Shown here: positions 13,016-25,648 of the stretch, one piece after another | Numbering within the stretch: the stretch's first letter is position 1 | How the letters are laid out: each line of letters opens with the position of its first letter | DNA from: Squalus acanthias | Taxonomy: Eukaryota | Reading direction: 5' to 3' | Length of the DNA stretch: 64,000 bases | Assembly (NCBI GenBank): GCA_030390025.1 | Contig: CM059432.1 | Span: forward strand, 111,292,001 to 111,356,000 | Program-made: the position numbers and the translations under genes | Notes under the pieces: generated by a model | What the model was told of the DNA's origin: nothing | What the model saw: the letters and a program-made list of their open reading frames with translations, nothing else | Database searches by the model: none

Positions 13016-14477
13016 GTCACAGAGTCAGAGAGTTATACAGCACAGAAAGAGGCCCTTTGGCCCATCGTGTCCACGCCGGCCATCAAGCCCTGTCTATTCT
13101 AATCCCATTTTCCAGCACTTGGTCCGTAGCCTTGTATGCTATGACATTTCAAGTGGTCATCTAAATGCTTCTTGAATGTTGAGGGTTCCTGCTTCTACCA
13201 CCCTTTCAGGCAGGGAGTTCCAGATTCCAACCACCCTCTGGGTGAAAAAGTTTTTCCACAAATCCCCTCTAAACCTCCTGCCCCTTACCTTGAAACTATG
13301 CCCCCTGGTTATTGACCCCTCTACTAAGGGGAAAAGTTCCTTTCTATCTACCCTATCTATGCCCCTCATAATTTTGTACACCTCAATCAGGTCCCCCCTC
13401 AGCCTTCTCTGCTCGAAGGAAAACAACCCCAGCCTATCCAGTCTCTTCATAGCTGAAGCGCTCCAGCCCAGGTAACATCCTGGTGAATCTCCTCTGCACC
13501 CTCTCCAATGCAATCACATCCTTCCTATAGTGTGGCGACCAGAACTGCACACAGTATTCCAGCTGTGGCCTAACTAGCATTTTGTGCAGCTCCATCATAA
13601 CCTCCCTGCTCTTATATTCAGTGCCTTGGCTAATGAAGGCAAGTATCCTATATGCCTTTTTAACCACCTTATCCACCTGTCCTGCTGCCTTCAGGGATCT
13701 ATGTACAGGCACACCAAGGTCCCTCTGATCCTCTGTCTAAGGTCCTACCATTCATTGTGTATTCCCTTGCCTTGTTAGTCCTCCCAAAATGCATCACCTC
13801 ACACTTTTCAGGGTTAAATTCCATTTGCCACTGTTCTGCCCATCTAACCAACCTGTCTATATCGTCCTGTAGCCTGAGGCTTCCCTCCTCGCTATTTACT
13901 ACCCCACCAATTTTCGTGTCATCTGCGAACTTACTGATCATACCTCCTACATTCATATCTAAATCATTAATGTACACGACAAACAGCAAAGGACCCAGCA
14001 CCGATCCCGGCGGTATACCCTGGACACAGGCTTCCAGTCACAAAAACAACCTTCGACCATCACCCTCTGCCTCCTGCCACTAAGCCAATTTTGGATCCAA
14101 TGTGCCAAATTGCCCTCGATCCCATGGGCTCTTACCTTCTTGACCAGTCTCCCATGCGGGACTTTGTCAAAAACCTTACTGAAGTCCATGTAGACTACAT
14201 CAACTGCACTACCCTCATCCACACACCTAGTCACCCCCTCGAAAAATTCAATCAAATTGGTCAGACATGATCTCCCCCTGACAAAGCTATGCTGACTATC
14301 TTTGATTAATCCTTGCCTCTCCAAGTGGAGACTAATTCTGTCCCTCAGAATTTTTTCCAATAATTTTCCTACCACTGATGTTCACTGGCCTGTAATACCC
14401 TGGTTTATCCCTACTACCCTTCTTGAATAATGGTACTACGTTAGCTGTTCTCCAGTCCTCTGGCACCTCCCCTGTGG

Positions 14478-15465
14478 TCATGATGCGGAGATGCCGGTGT
14501 TGGACTGGGGTGGACAAAATTGAGAGGTCGCACAACACCAGGTTATAGTCCAACAGTTTTATTTGAAATCACAAGCTTTCGGAGCTTACTACTCCTTCGT
14601 CGGGGAAGGAGTAGTAAGCTCCGAAAGCTTGTGATTTCAAATAAAACTGTTGGGGCTAAAAATTCAGTATTGCTCCATTTGGGGCGCTAACCTCGCCGGG
14701 GCGCGACTTTTAGCGCCCCGAAAAAATTAGCGGCCCCGCGCCGGAACTTCAGTGGTTGCGCCCCAAGAGGGAAGCGGGGCGCAACTGGAAGCACCCCGCA
14801 TCCCTCTTGGGGCGCTGCGAGTGAATATCCTGGCGCTACGTGCCGCAGCGCCACGCGCTGCGGCACGTCGCGCCGCGGTATTGCAGGCCTTCCTCCCCTT
14901 CTTAAAGGGGAGGGGCCTTGCGCAGCGCGAACCGGGGCCCAGCTGGGCTCCCAGGGATCGGGAGTGCCGGCAAAAGAGCCCGGCACTCAAGAGAAGTGCC
15001 AGGGCTCTTGGAGCGCAGCCGGCACTTCACGGTGGGGGGGCTTAACGGGGGCCGGGGACAGCAACGGGGGCAGGTGCTGGCAGGCGGCCAGCAACAAAAA
15101 TGGCCGCCTGCCACCTCCCCTTTAAATATCGCCGCCCCGGCCGCACGTACGCCCCCCTGAACCCGTCGGACATAGCGTCTGGCGGTAAATCAGGGGGCGC
15201 GACTGAAGATCACGGCCGGGGCGCGAGCGGGGCGCTGCGCACGGCGATGACGTCATCGCCGGCGGCGCAGCGCCACAGGGCGCTACCGGCTGCCGCCGCC
15301 GCTAACCTCCCACTAAATTTTTCGGGAGGCGTGGGCGGCGCTGCGCCCGGGCGTTAGCTGCTTTACGCCCCATTAGCGCCCATTTAAGGCGCTAACGGGA
15401 GGCGCAAGCAGCTGAATTTTTCCCCCTTGGACTATAACCTGGTGTTGTGCGACCTCTCAATTTTG
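14478..15465. mobile_element. Penelope-like element terminal palindrome with a hammerhead-ribozyme-like core, interrupted by a MITE
   Basis: ~84-bp inverted arms (14515-14598 vs 14605-14652 + 15430-15465); 13-bp TSD ACCTCCCCTGTGG (14465-77, 15466-78); CCGACGA-GGAG..CTCC-GAAA motif. Confidence 0.8.
14653..15426. mobile_element. GC/CpG-rich Harbinger-type MITE
   Basis: Termini GGGCTAAAAATTCAG / CTGAATTTTTCCCCC; TSD TTG; subterminal motifs shared with the 19805 element. Confidence 0.85.
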
Positions 15466-17020
15466 ACCTCCCCTGTGGCCAGAGAGGTTCTGAAAATTTG
15501 TGTCAGAGACCCTGCAATCTCCTCCCTTGCCTCACACAGCAGCCTGGGATAAATCTCGTCTGGGCCTGGGGATTTATCCACTTTTAAGCCCCCTAAAACC
15601 GCTAGTACCTCCTCCCTCTCAATACTATTTGTTCACGTATATCGCAATCCCCCTGCCCGATTTCTATGCCTACATCGTCCTTCTCCATAGTGAACACAGA
15701 TGCAAAATATTCATTTAAAACCCCACCTACATCGTCTACACACAGATTGCCACTTTGGTTCCTAATGGGCCCTACTCTTTCCCTGGTTATCCTCTTGACC
15801 TTAATATACTAATAAAACACCTTGGGATTTTCCTTTATTTTGCCCGCCAGTGTTATTTCATGCCCCCTCTTCGCTCTCCTAATTTCTTTTTTAAGTACCC
15901 CCCTGCACTTTCTATACTCCTCTCGGGCTTCCACTGTTTAGTCCTTTGTATCTGCCAAAAGCCTCCCTTTTTTTCCTAATCCATTCTCGTATATCCCTTG
16001 ACATCCAGGGTTCCCTGGGCTTGTTGGTCCCACCCTTGACCTTTACAGGAACATGTTGCCGTTGTACTCTCTCTATTTCCTTTGTGAAAGACTCCCACTG
16101 CTCTAATGTGGATTTTCCTACAAGTAGCTGATCCCAGTCCACTCTGGCCAGATCCTGCCTTATCATATGAAAATCGGCCTTCCCCAATTTGGAACCTTTA
16201 TTTCCGGTCCATCTTCGTCCTTTTCCATGACTACCTTAAATCTCACCGAATTATGGTCACGGTCATCAAAATGCTCTCCTACTAACACTTCTACCAATTG
16301 CCCGGCTACATTCCCTAGAATTAGGTCCAGTACCGCCCCCTCTCTTGTAGGACTTTCTACAAGCTCAAAAAGCTCTCCTGGATGCACTTTAAGAATTCTG
16401 CACCCTCTAAGCCTTTCACACTCTGACTATCCCAGTTAATATTGGGGAAGTTGAAATCCCCTACTATTATTACCCTATTATTTCTACACTTCTGAGATTT
16501 GCCTACATATCTGTTCCTCTATCTCCCCCTGACTGTTTGGAGGCCTATAGTACACTCCCAGCAAAGTGCTTGCCCCCTTTTTGTTTTTAAGTTCTACCCA
16601 TATGGCCTCATTAGAGGAACCTGCTAAGATATCATCCCTCCTTACTGCAGTAATTGACTCCTTGATTAATATTGCGACACCCCCTCCTCTTTTACACCCC
16701 CCTCTGTCTCGCCTGAAGATTCTATACCCCGGAATATTGAGCTGCCAGTCCTGCCCCTCCCTCAACCATGTCTCTGTGATAGCAACAATATCATACTCCC
16801 ATTTGTTCATCAACACCTTCAATTCATCTGCCTTACTCGCAAGACTCCTTGCATTAAAATAAATGCCATCCAGCCTTGCCATACTCCCTTGTGCCGATAC
16901 ATATTTGCTCTGCCTTCCAGGCTGACTTGTTTTTTTCCTCTATATTTGGCTGTGCATCACCCCCTACTACAGCGCCACTCCCATCCCCCTGCCAAGTTAG
17001 TTTAAACCCCCCAAACAGTA

Positions 17021-17918
17021 CTAGCAAACCTCCCCACAAGGATGTTGGGCCCACTTGTACAGGTCCCACCTTCCCCAGAAGCAGACCCAGTGATCCAGGA
17101 AACTAAAGCCCTCCCTCCTGCACCAACTCTTAAGCCACGCATTCATCTGCTCTATCCTCCTATTCCTATACTCACTAGCACGTGGCACCGGGAGTAATCC
17201 AGAGATTACAACCTTTGAGGTCCTGCTTTTTAATCTGCTACCTAGCTCCCTAAATTCTTGTTGCAGGACCTCATCCCTCTTTCTACCCATGTCATTGGTA
17301 CCAATGTGAACCACGACCTCTGACTGTTCGCCCTCCCCCTTCAGAATGCCCTGCAGCTGTTCAGTGACATCCTTGACCCTGGCACCATGGAGGCAACATA
17401 CCATCCTGGAGTCACGTCTGCAGCCACAGAAACGTCTATCTGTTCCCCTAACGATAGAATCCCCTATCACTATTGCTCTCCCACTCTTTCCTCCCCTCCT
17501 GTGCAGCTGAGCCACTCATAGTACCACGGACTTGGCTCTTGCTGCATTCTCCTGAGAAACCATCTCCCCCATCAGTATCCAAAACGGAAAATCTGTTGGA
17601 GAGGGAGATGGACCCAGGGGACTTCTGCACTACCTTCCTAGTTCTTTTACTCTGTCTGGTGGTCACCCATTCCCTGTCTGCCTGTGCACTCTTTACCTGC
17701 GGTGTGACCACCTTGTTAAACGTGCTATCCATGAAGATCTCAGCTTCGCGGATGCTCCACAGTGACTCCAGCCGCAGCTCCAGCTCCGAAACGCGGATTT
17801 CAAGTAGCTGCAGCTGGAGACACTTCCTGCACATATGTTCGCCCTGGACACCTAAAGTGTCCCTGACTTCCAACATAGCGCAGGAGGAGCACTCCACGCT
17901 GCCAAGCTACCCTGCCAT
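17021..17918 (-). pseudogene. CR1 ORF1 (C-x2-C zinc finger, leucine zipper, SGNH/GDSL esterase), frameshifted
   Basis: ECSSC...CRKC, LE.RVSELE.RL, IVIGDSIVRG, VVHIGTND. Confidence 0.85.
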
Positions 17919-18518
17919 GTCCTGCCCTTAATTTACTCCCTTTAAATTAAAGAATATTAAATACACTAGGGACCTTACTTCCCTTTAAACACTACTTACT
18001 CTAAACTAGAGACCTTACTTTTACTTTAATGACTGGAATGTACAAATACTGTAGAAATACTCACCGCTGGTTCTCTGTCCCCTCTTGTGCAGGTTTTTAG
18101 CTCCTGCTCTCCTGGAAGCTGACAAAGATGGAAAAAGAAAGGAACACCTCCCTCCCCAAACTCACTCACCAAACTCACAGCTTAACACTCTGTTCCAGTC
18201 TGCACACCGTGACAAACTGCTCTCTAGCCTCCCTTATTTATACTGCTGAGATTTAAATAAGTGAGCTCTCTGGCAGTTACAGAACCAGATTAGAACACTT
18301 AATTAATTAATTACTCTCACCTGCTCTCCAGCACAGAGCTTGATTAGCCCTGCGCAAGCCTGGAAGAAACTTAAAACTTGAAACAGTAAATTTAAATGCT
18401 AATTGCAAGCACAAAAGACAAGAATTTATAAAAATAAGAGATTAACCTTTAAGTTTTACTCCCTCACTCACCAAACTTGCAGTTTAACACTCCGTTCCGA
18501 TCTGCACTCCATGTGTTT

Positions 18519-19315
18519 AGGACAAGTAACATTCGCGCCACAGAAGTGCCAGGCAATGATTATCTCTAACAAGCGAGAGTCTAACCACTGCCCCTTGACA
18601 TTCAACGACATTACCATCACCAAATCCCCCACCATCAACATACTGGGGGTCACCATTGACCAGAAACTTAACTGGACCAGCCACATAAATACGGTGGCAA
18701 CACAAGCAGCTCAGAGGCTGGGTATTCTGCGGCGAGTGTCTCACCTCCTGACTCCTCAAAGCCTTTCCACCATCTACAAGGCACAAGTGATGAGTGTGAT
18801 GGAATACTCTCTACTTGCCTGGATGAATGCAGCTCCAACAACACTCAAGAAGCTCGACACCATCCAGGACAACGTAGCCTACTTGATTGGCACCCCATCC
18901 ACCACATTAAACATGCACTCCCTCCACCACCGGCGTACCGTGGCTGCAGTGTGTACCATCTACAAGATGCACTGCAGCAACTCGCCAAGGCTTCTTCGGC
19001 AGCACCTCCCAAACCCGTGACCTCTTCCACCTAGAAGGACAAGGGCAGCAGGCACGTGGGAACACCACCACCTCCAATTTCCCCTCCAAGTCACACACCA
19101 TCCTAACTTAGAAGTATATTGCCGATCCTTCATCGTTGCTGGGTCAAAATCCTGGAACTCCCTACCTAACAGCATTGTGGGAGTACCTTCACCACACGGA
19201 CTGCAGCGGTTCAAGAAGGCAGCTTACCACCACCTTCACAAGGGCAATTAGGGATGGGCAATAAATGCTGGCCTTGCCAGCGACGCCCACATCCCATGAA
19301 CGAATTAAAAAAAAG
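18519..19315 (+). mobile_element. 5'-truncated copy of the tRNA-headed LINE family (RT C-terminus plus 3' tail)
   Basis: High similarity to 6900-7690; ends CACATCCCATGAACGAATT(A)n. Confidence 0.88.
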
Positions 19316-20317
19316 TGACCTGGGTTGCATGTTGTCCTTCCTGTGATTGTGTTTTATTCATAGGGGGAGGGATTTTTGGTCAAACTTTAAATTCTACTGC
19401 ATGTATAACCGCACTTCCATCACCACATCCCCTTACGTGATAAATGCTAATCATTGCTATACCATTGATAGAGTTCCTTGGCCCTATTGTGGGCAAACAT
19501 CGTACAACTGGTCACATCCCTTTCAATCATAGACAAGCAGTCCAAATCATCTGACTGGAACCTATCTGTCACCCCACTTGGGCTTACACATCCGTAAATT
19601 CATGATTTTCCTACCATCGGGGCCAACACAACAGGGTGTCTCCCGCTGCTCGGGATTGGGTCGGGCTTCCTACTTTCTCCCGAGGGTTCCCTATCTGATA
19701 GTACCTTGAATGGTCACTTGGTTCTGCTTGTAAGAACCACACCCTTGGCCCAGTAGGGCGATCTTTGCATTTTATGCATACCCCCGTACCTTCTTGGACC
19801 TCATGGGGTAAAAATTCAGTTGGTTGCGCCTCCCGTTAGCGCCTTAAGAGGGCGCTAATGGGGCGCAAAGCCGCTAACGCCCGGGCGCAGCGATGTTTGC
19901 GCCGCTCGAGAACTTAACTAGAGATTGTGCGGCGGCGCTAAAACTTACCGCTGCGACCACCTGCGCGCGCAGATTATGACGTCATTCCATGGTGCAACGC
20001 CCTTGTGGCGCCCCGGAGCGGAAATTGAGTGGCGCCCCCTGCCTTACCGCCTGGCGCTTCCAACGACCGGAAGACTGGAACGCTATCAATCGCTGTGGGG
20101 CTGGGGGGGGGGCGCTATTTAAAGGGGGCCTCTTCCTGTCTTTTTCTATGGTCGACATTTATGCACCACTCGTTCTGAGAGAGAGAGAGAGATTCGGAGA
20201 GAGAGAGAGAGAGACTTCTACATTGACTCAACGCTTTGTGAGGTAGTTTTGCCTATTCATCCTAACTTTGTTGCTACTTTAGTTGCTGTCCCTCATTACT
20301 TTGCTTGCAAAGAGAAT

Positions 20318-21469
20318 ATGGGGGCTGCACTGATTGGGGGCGTCGTCCTGCTCCAGCTGAATCGGAGGATACAGAGACGCAGAGAGAGAGTGGCAATGAT
20401 GGCCAGACGGAGGAGGGCCATCAGGCGCATGTACAGGAGAGCTTACCCTCCCAGGGTATATCGTGAACAGCTCTCCTACATCCATATGTCCGAGGAGCTG
20501 TGTTTGCGAAGGCTGCGATTCAGCAAGGAGGTGGTCACTGAGCTCTGCCACCTGCTGCAGCCAGATCTGCAGCCTCAACTGAGGTCCAGGACGTCTCTGT
20601 CGGTGCCAGTGAAGGTCACAGTGGCTTTGAACTTCTACGCCACTGGCTCATTCCAAGCTGCTGTTGGGGACCTCGCCAATATCTCCCAGTTCACGGTGCA
20701 TTGCTGCATCCGGCAGGTCACAAATGCCCTCTTCAGAAGGAGATGAGAGTTCATCTCTTTCCCTATGACCCCAGACAAGCAGCGTGACCGCGCTCTGGGC
20801 TTTGCGAGGGTAGCGGGCTTCCCCATGGTGCAGGGCGCCATTGACTGCACGCATGTGGCTTTGCGTGCTCCGCGTGAGAATGCAGAGGAATTCAGGAACA
20901 GAAAGGGGTTCCATTCCTTGAATGTCCAGTTGGTCTGTGACCACAGACAGCTGATACTCGCTGTCAATGCCCACTATCCTGGCAGCTGCCACGATGCTTT
21001 TATCCTGCGCCAGACTACTGTGGCAGAAGTTTTCGAGGCACCGCATCAGCCAGTTGGTTGGCTTCTCGGGGACAAGGGGTACGCATTGAGCACCTGGCTG
21101 ATGACACCGCTCCGTACGCCAAACACCCCTGCTGAGCTGCGGTACAATGAAAGCCATCAAGCAACCAGGAACATTATTTAGCGCACAATCGGCGTGCTGA
21201 AACAACGGTTCCGCTGTCTGGACCATTCCGGAGGAGCCCTGCAGTACTCGCCTGAGCAAGTATCGAACTTCATAGTCGTGTGCTGCATGTTGCATAACAT
21301 GGCAATCCTCAGGACCCAGCCAATGCCAACAGGCCTTGTAGCACCACCAGAGGAGGAGGAGGAAGAGGACGAGGACGATGATCATCAGCAGCACCAAGGC
21401 GGGAGGGCGGCCCACAATGGTCAAACTGCAAGGGCCGTCCGTCAACGGCTAATAGCAAGCCGCTTCTAG
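20318..21469 (+). pseudogene. Harbinger DDE transposase (HARBI1-like) with two in-frame stops
   Basis: One frame from ATG 20318; GAIDCTHV, NRKGFHSLNVQLVCD, PGSCHDAFIL, LGDKGY, LKQRFRCL, CCMLHN; TGA at 20744 and TAG at 21179. Confidence 0.93.
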
Positions 21470-21763
21470 GGCCCCTGCCATTGCTACCAACATTAATCAA
21501 CCCAGCACGCAACCCCTAAGCCGGCCAAGGCACAAATAATTCCAAACGCCAACCATGTATATTTTGAATACAGAAACTTATTTATTTTACAAACTCTGTG
21601 TGTGTCAATTCCTCATGACAAACTCATAGAAATAAACACAAAAAAACAGTCAATAACATAACTGGTTCTCACAACCTGGAGATAATGTCCAAAACACTAA
21701 ACAAAAGTTGGACCATGAACCTCGGCCTTTAATAAAAAAATGACCAGCATTTTGTCACACCTC

Positions 21764-23588
21764 CTACTTTTTGCCCTTCGAGGGTGATCTCCTTCCCTTG
21801 CGCACTTCCCCCCTTCTAACCCTACTGCTCCTCCGTAATGGGACCTCAGTGGCTGCAGCAAGGCTGGTGGAAGGCTGCTGCTCGTCAGACCCTGACACTG
21901 CAGATGCCCCTGAAGGACGGCCTCGACCACTTCTGGGCCTGGAGGGCCCGGCTGCAGACTGCACCAACTCTGCATGGGCGGCAGCAGTCTGTCCTACAGG
22001 CGGTGGCAAGTGCAGTGGAGAAGTGACAGTGTTGGCAGCAGGAATGCTGTCATCGTGAGAGAGGACAGCAACTCCCTGCTCGCCCGACACACTGGCACTC
22101 CCACGGGGCAGCACTTCAGCATCCGGAGCAATCTGCCGGAGAACAGATTGCTGGCCTGCTGCGGCGCGGTGAGAGCCCCGGGTACATGTGCACGAACCAT
22201 CGAGGTTGGCAGCAGTCTGTGCTCGCGTGGCCTCAATCTGAGTCTGTATGAGAGCAGTCAGAGATGGGATCACGGCAGCCAGTGACTGAATTGCAGCACT
22301 AAGCATTAGTGTGGCATCCGCCTGTGCTACAGCGAAGTGCTCCACACTCCTTGCCAGTGACTCAATGCATTCGGGCACCCTTCCCACTGCACCCATGAGC
22401 TCAGTGTGCATGCCCACCGCCTGGGTGTTCATTTCTGCGATCAGCTGCTCCTCTTCTGCGTCCATTGCAGTAGGAGTGTCTGGCATACTCTCCCTCTGGG
22501 GAGAAGGCCCCCGTTCTTCCCTACCCCCCCCCCATGGCGTTGCTGCAGCCCGCTGGGTCCTGGAGCTTCACCCTCATCAGCCCCTTCCCCCCTGCTCCCC
22601 TCCGGGGAAGGCGTGTTCCCAGTGTGGGCATGGGCTTCCTCGGGAGAGGGTGGCACTGATGCTCTGGCTTCCTCTTCCTCCTCAGCTGCAGCATCACTCC
22701 CAGTGGCAGCTTCAGGGCCCGTCTCCTCAGCTGGTGAATCACCATCTGAAAGCAGGGAGGTACAAGAGTGGCTTTAGCGTGAGGACAGGGTGGCAGTAAG
22801 GGAGGAATAAGTGCAGCAAGTTAGCAAGTTGGATTGAAAGTGTCAAAGGCTGGTGTTGTGAGGGACAAGTGGAAGGACAGAGGACAAAAAGGTGATGACC
22901 TTACCATTGCTGTCCAGAACGGGGTCGGCGTCTCCAGTGGCGACGGGACCGATCACCCGGCTTGCCACAATCCTGTGGACGCGCTCCTCCAGATCGCTGA
23001 GGGGTTGCAGCTGAGGCCGCCCTCCACCTGTCCGTTGCTGCTGTCTCCTATTATGAGCCAGCTTAGCCTGCAAGAAAAAGGACAGCATCTGAGTAAATAT
23101 ACAGCCATGGTCTTGCCTGATGTGCCTCCCATAGGTGAATAGCCCTTACTGTATGCAGCCATGGTCTTGCCTGATGTGCCTCCCATAGGTGAATAGCCCT
23201 TACTGTATGCAAAGTGTGGAATGTGTGTGTTTGTTTGATGAAAGGGCCATAGGTGTTGGATGAGTGTTGTGCATTGGGGTTTTAAGACCCTCTGGCCATA
23301 GAGTGAGGTTGAGATGGAGGGATGGAGAGGTATTGAGAAAAAGCCACTCACCCTGACGACCCGAGTGAGGTCGTTGAACTTTTTGCGGCATTGAGTATGG
23401 GTCCTGGGCACCATGCTCCTGGAGGAGACGCTCTGAGCCACCTCCCTCCACACTCTTCTGAACTCGCGTGGCAAAGGCCTCCTGCCACTCTCAGGGAACA
23501 GCATACATCGTCTGCGCTCCACTGCGCCAACCAGAGCATCCAAGGCCCGCTCGGTGAAGCGATGAGCGCGTTCTCTCACCCTCTCCAT
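21764..23588 (-). pseudogene. Harbinger Myb/SANT-like DNA-binding partner gene, 3 exons (23588-23352, 23067-22905, 22745-21764); single frameshift in a G10 run
   Basis: Exon 1 is 79 codons ending QCRKKFNDLTRVVR|GTGAGT; TTGCAG|AKLAHN...DSN G|GTAAG; TTTCAG| exon 3; phases 0 and 1 are compatible; C10 at 22524-33 breaks the frame. Confidence 0.88.
23102..23209. repeat. Tandem duplication, 2 x 54 bp, in Myb intron 1
   Basis: CAGCCATGGTCTTGCCTGATGTGCCTCCCATAGGTGAATAGCCCTTACTGTATG repeated. Confidence 0.9.
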
Positions 23589-24399
23589 GCTTGGCAGCAA
23601 AATGGATTCACAGGTCTCTCCAGGCTGAGATTCAAGGCTGCAATGAGCAGGGTGTGGCTGGGGAGCAAGTGGCCCCCCCCCGCTTTAAGAAGTGGCCGGC
23701 GCCAGTGTGTCTGTGTTCCCTCGCTAACTGGCAGCAGCTGCGCTGCGCTCGCGCGCTGAGTTAGCGCCTCACTCCTTGGCCTTTGCGCCTTAAGACAGGT
23801 GTGCAGCGCCTGCTTTAGCGCTCCACTCACCTCCCGGGGCGGTAAAAGTGAAGTTTCCAGTCAGTGCCGATAATTAGCACCAGGCGCTAATATTTGCGTC
23901 CGGACGATATTTGCGCCCCAAATGGGGCGCGACCTAATTTCTACCCCCATATGTGGTAACCCATACTGTCCCTGAACACGCGGTTTCACAATCACCCTTG
24001 ATATACTGGAGGGTAATGTTTCGAGTGGTGTCCCGGGGTGGTGTCTCTGGGGCAACTGCAATCGAACTATTCTAGGGGGAGTAGCTAGTTGTGGTCCAGT
24101 TTGCTGAATAGGCTGTTGTTGAATCTTCGAGATAAAGCAGAATCCCGATCCTTGGCCAGAATAATTCCTTCATTTTATATATCTTCTTGCCTGTGGGGAT
24201 AAGGGATAAAAAAGGAAGTGTTACTCCCGGCCTTGCACCCTAAGTCCACCCATTAGTTCAGGCTCTCATCACTGATGTGTTTTTTAAAGCAAAACAAAAA
24301 CAGGGCTTCATACTTTTCTTTTCCTGCATTGGGCAATTTTCCCACTCCTACCACTGACGATACTTCAAGGGTGTCTTTTATTTCTTTTACTACGTTGTG

Positions 24400-25005
24400 G
24401 GGTAGGAGGGGAGAGGATTTGAGTACAGGAGTAAAGAAGTCTTACTCCAATTATATAGGGCCTTGGTGAGACCACACCTGGAGTACTTGCCATAGAGGGA
24501 GTGCAACAAAGGTTCACGAGATTGATTCCTGGGATGGCGGGACTGTCGTATGAGAAGAGATTGAGTAAACTAGGCCTGTATTCTCTTTAATTCAGAAGAA
24601 TGAGAGGGGATCTCATTGAAGCATGCCAAATTATTACAGGGCTTGATAGGGTGGATGCTGGGAGAATGTTTCCCTTGGCTGGGGAGTCTAGAACCAGGGG
24701 TCACAGCCTCAGGATAAAGGGTAGGCCATTCAGGACTGAGATGAGAAGAAATTTCTTCACACAGAGGGTGGTGAATCTTTGGAATTCTGTACCCCAGAGG
24801 GCTGTGGAGGCTCAGTCATTGGGTAAATTCAAAACAGAAGTCGATAGGTTTCTGACTAGTAAGGGCATCAAGGGATATGGCGATAGGGCCAGTGAATGGA
24901 GTTGAGGCAGAAGATCAGCCATGATCTCATTGAATGGCGGAGCAGGTTCAAAGGGCCGAATGGCCTACTCCTGCTCCTATTTCTTAAGTTCTTATGTTCT
25001 TATGT
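24400..25005 (+). mobile_element. CR1/HER1 3' fragment
   Basis: [20 protein letters not shown]; tail GATCAGCCATGATC...CCTACTCCTGCTCCTATTTC(TTATGTTC)n. Confidence 0.88.
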
Positions 25006-25648
25006 TGGACTTGTCTGCGGACAGGAGGTGGTTCCGGATCTGGGGACAAGGAGGTTTCTACAGCTCCCATGTCCTGTCCACCTTCATTCATGCCATACTG
25101 TACCTGGGGAGGCGCCACTTCAGGCAGGGGACGCCTCATTGGGTGGGGGTGTCCTGTTAGGCACCCCCTCTTCATCATCCCACTGAAGAGGATCAATCTG
25201 GCTCACCATGCTCATAATCGTGGCTTGTTCTCTTCTGGACCTGCTAATGGGCTGAAAAAGATTCATCTGGTTAATATGAAAACACTTAATTTTCTTAGGT
25301 AACCGAACCGCATACACCACAGGACTAGCTTTGTCAACAATGCTGTACAGCCTCTTGTAGAGGGGTTCAAAGACTCTCACCCTCGCATAGTTTTGTACCA
25401 TTACGTGACTTCCCACCTCCCTTTCCTGGGGCTTTCTTGGAGCCAAGTGTAGTTGATTGCGGTGCTGTGCCTTCCCAATGTTGTGGGCGGCCCTCAGGTG
25501 TACCTCCTTTAAAGTTTCCCACAGGTCACTCAGGAACTTGTCCTGTGTCACCTCCTCAACCTGCTTGTCTGTTAACGTGGGGACCAAGAGATGTGTGGGA
25601 ATTCGCATCGGTCTCCCCGTTACCAATTCATGTGGGGAATAACCCATT

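Larger units (their letters stand above)
13020..18515 (-). mobile_element. Near full-length CR1/HER1 LINE (5'UTR, ORF1, ORF2, microsatellite tail), disrupted; hosts a Penelope hairpin and a MITE
   Basis: ORF2 [46 protein letters not shown]; 3' hairpin/tail at ~13020-13100; 5' limit approximate. Confidence 0.9.
19805..23947 (+). mobile_element. Full-length autonomous-type PIF/Harbinger DNA transposon (4143 bp)
   Basis: TIRs GGGGTAAAAATT / AATTTCTACCCC; 3-bp TSD CAT (19802-04, 23948-50); convergent transposase and Myb genes. Confidence 0.95.

Noticed and set aside
14687..15357. CpG island / cluster of GC-rich ORFs as a host promoter or gene
   Set aside because: Entirely within a MITE bounded by TIRs and a TSD; the ORFs are compositional artefacts
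20318..21469. Host HARBI1 gene
   Set aside because: Lies inside TIRs and a TSD with a partner Myb gene and carries stops; it is a transposon copy, not the domesticated gene
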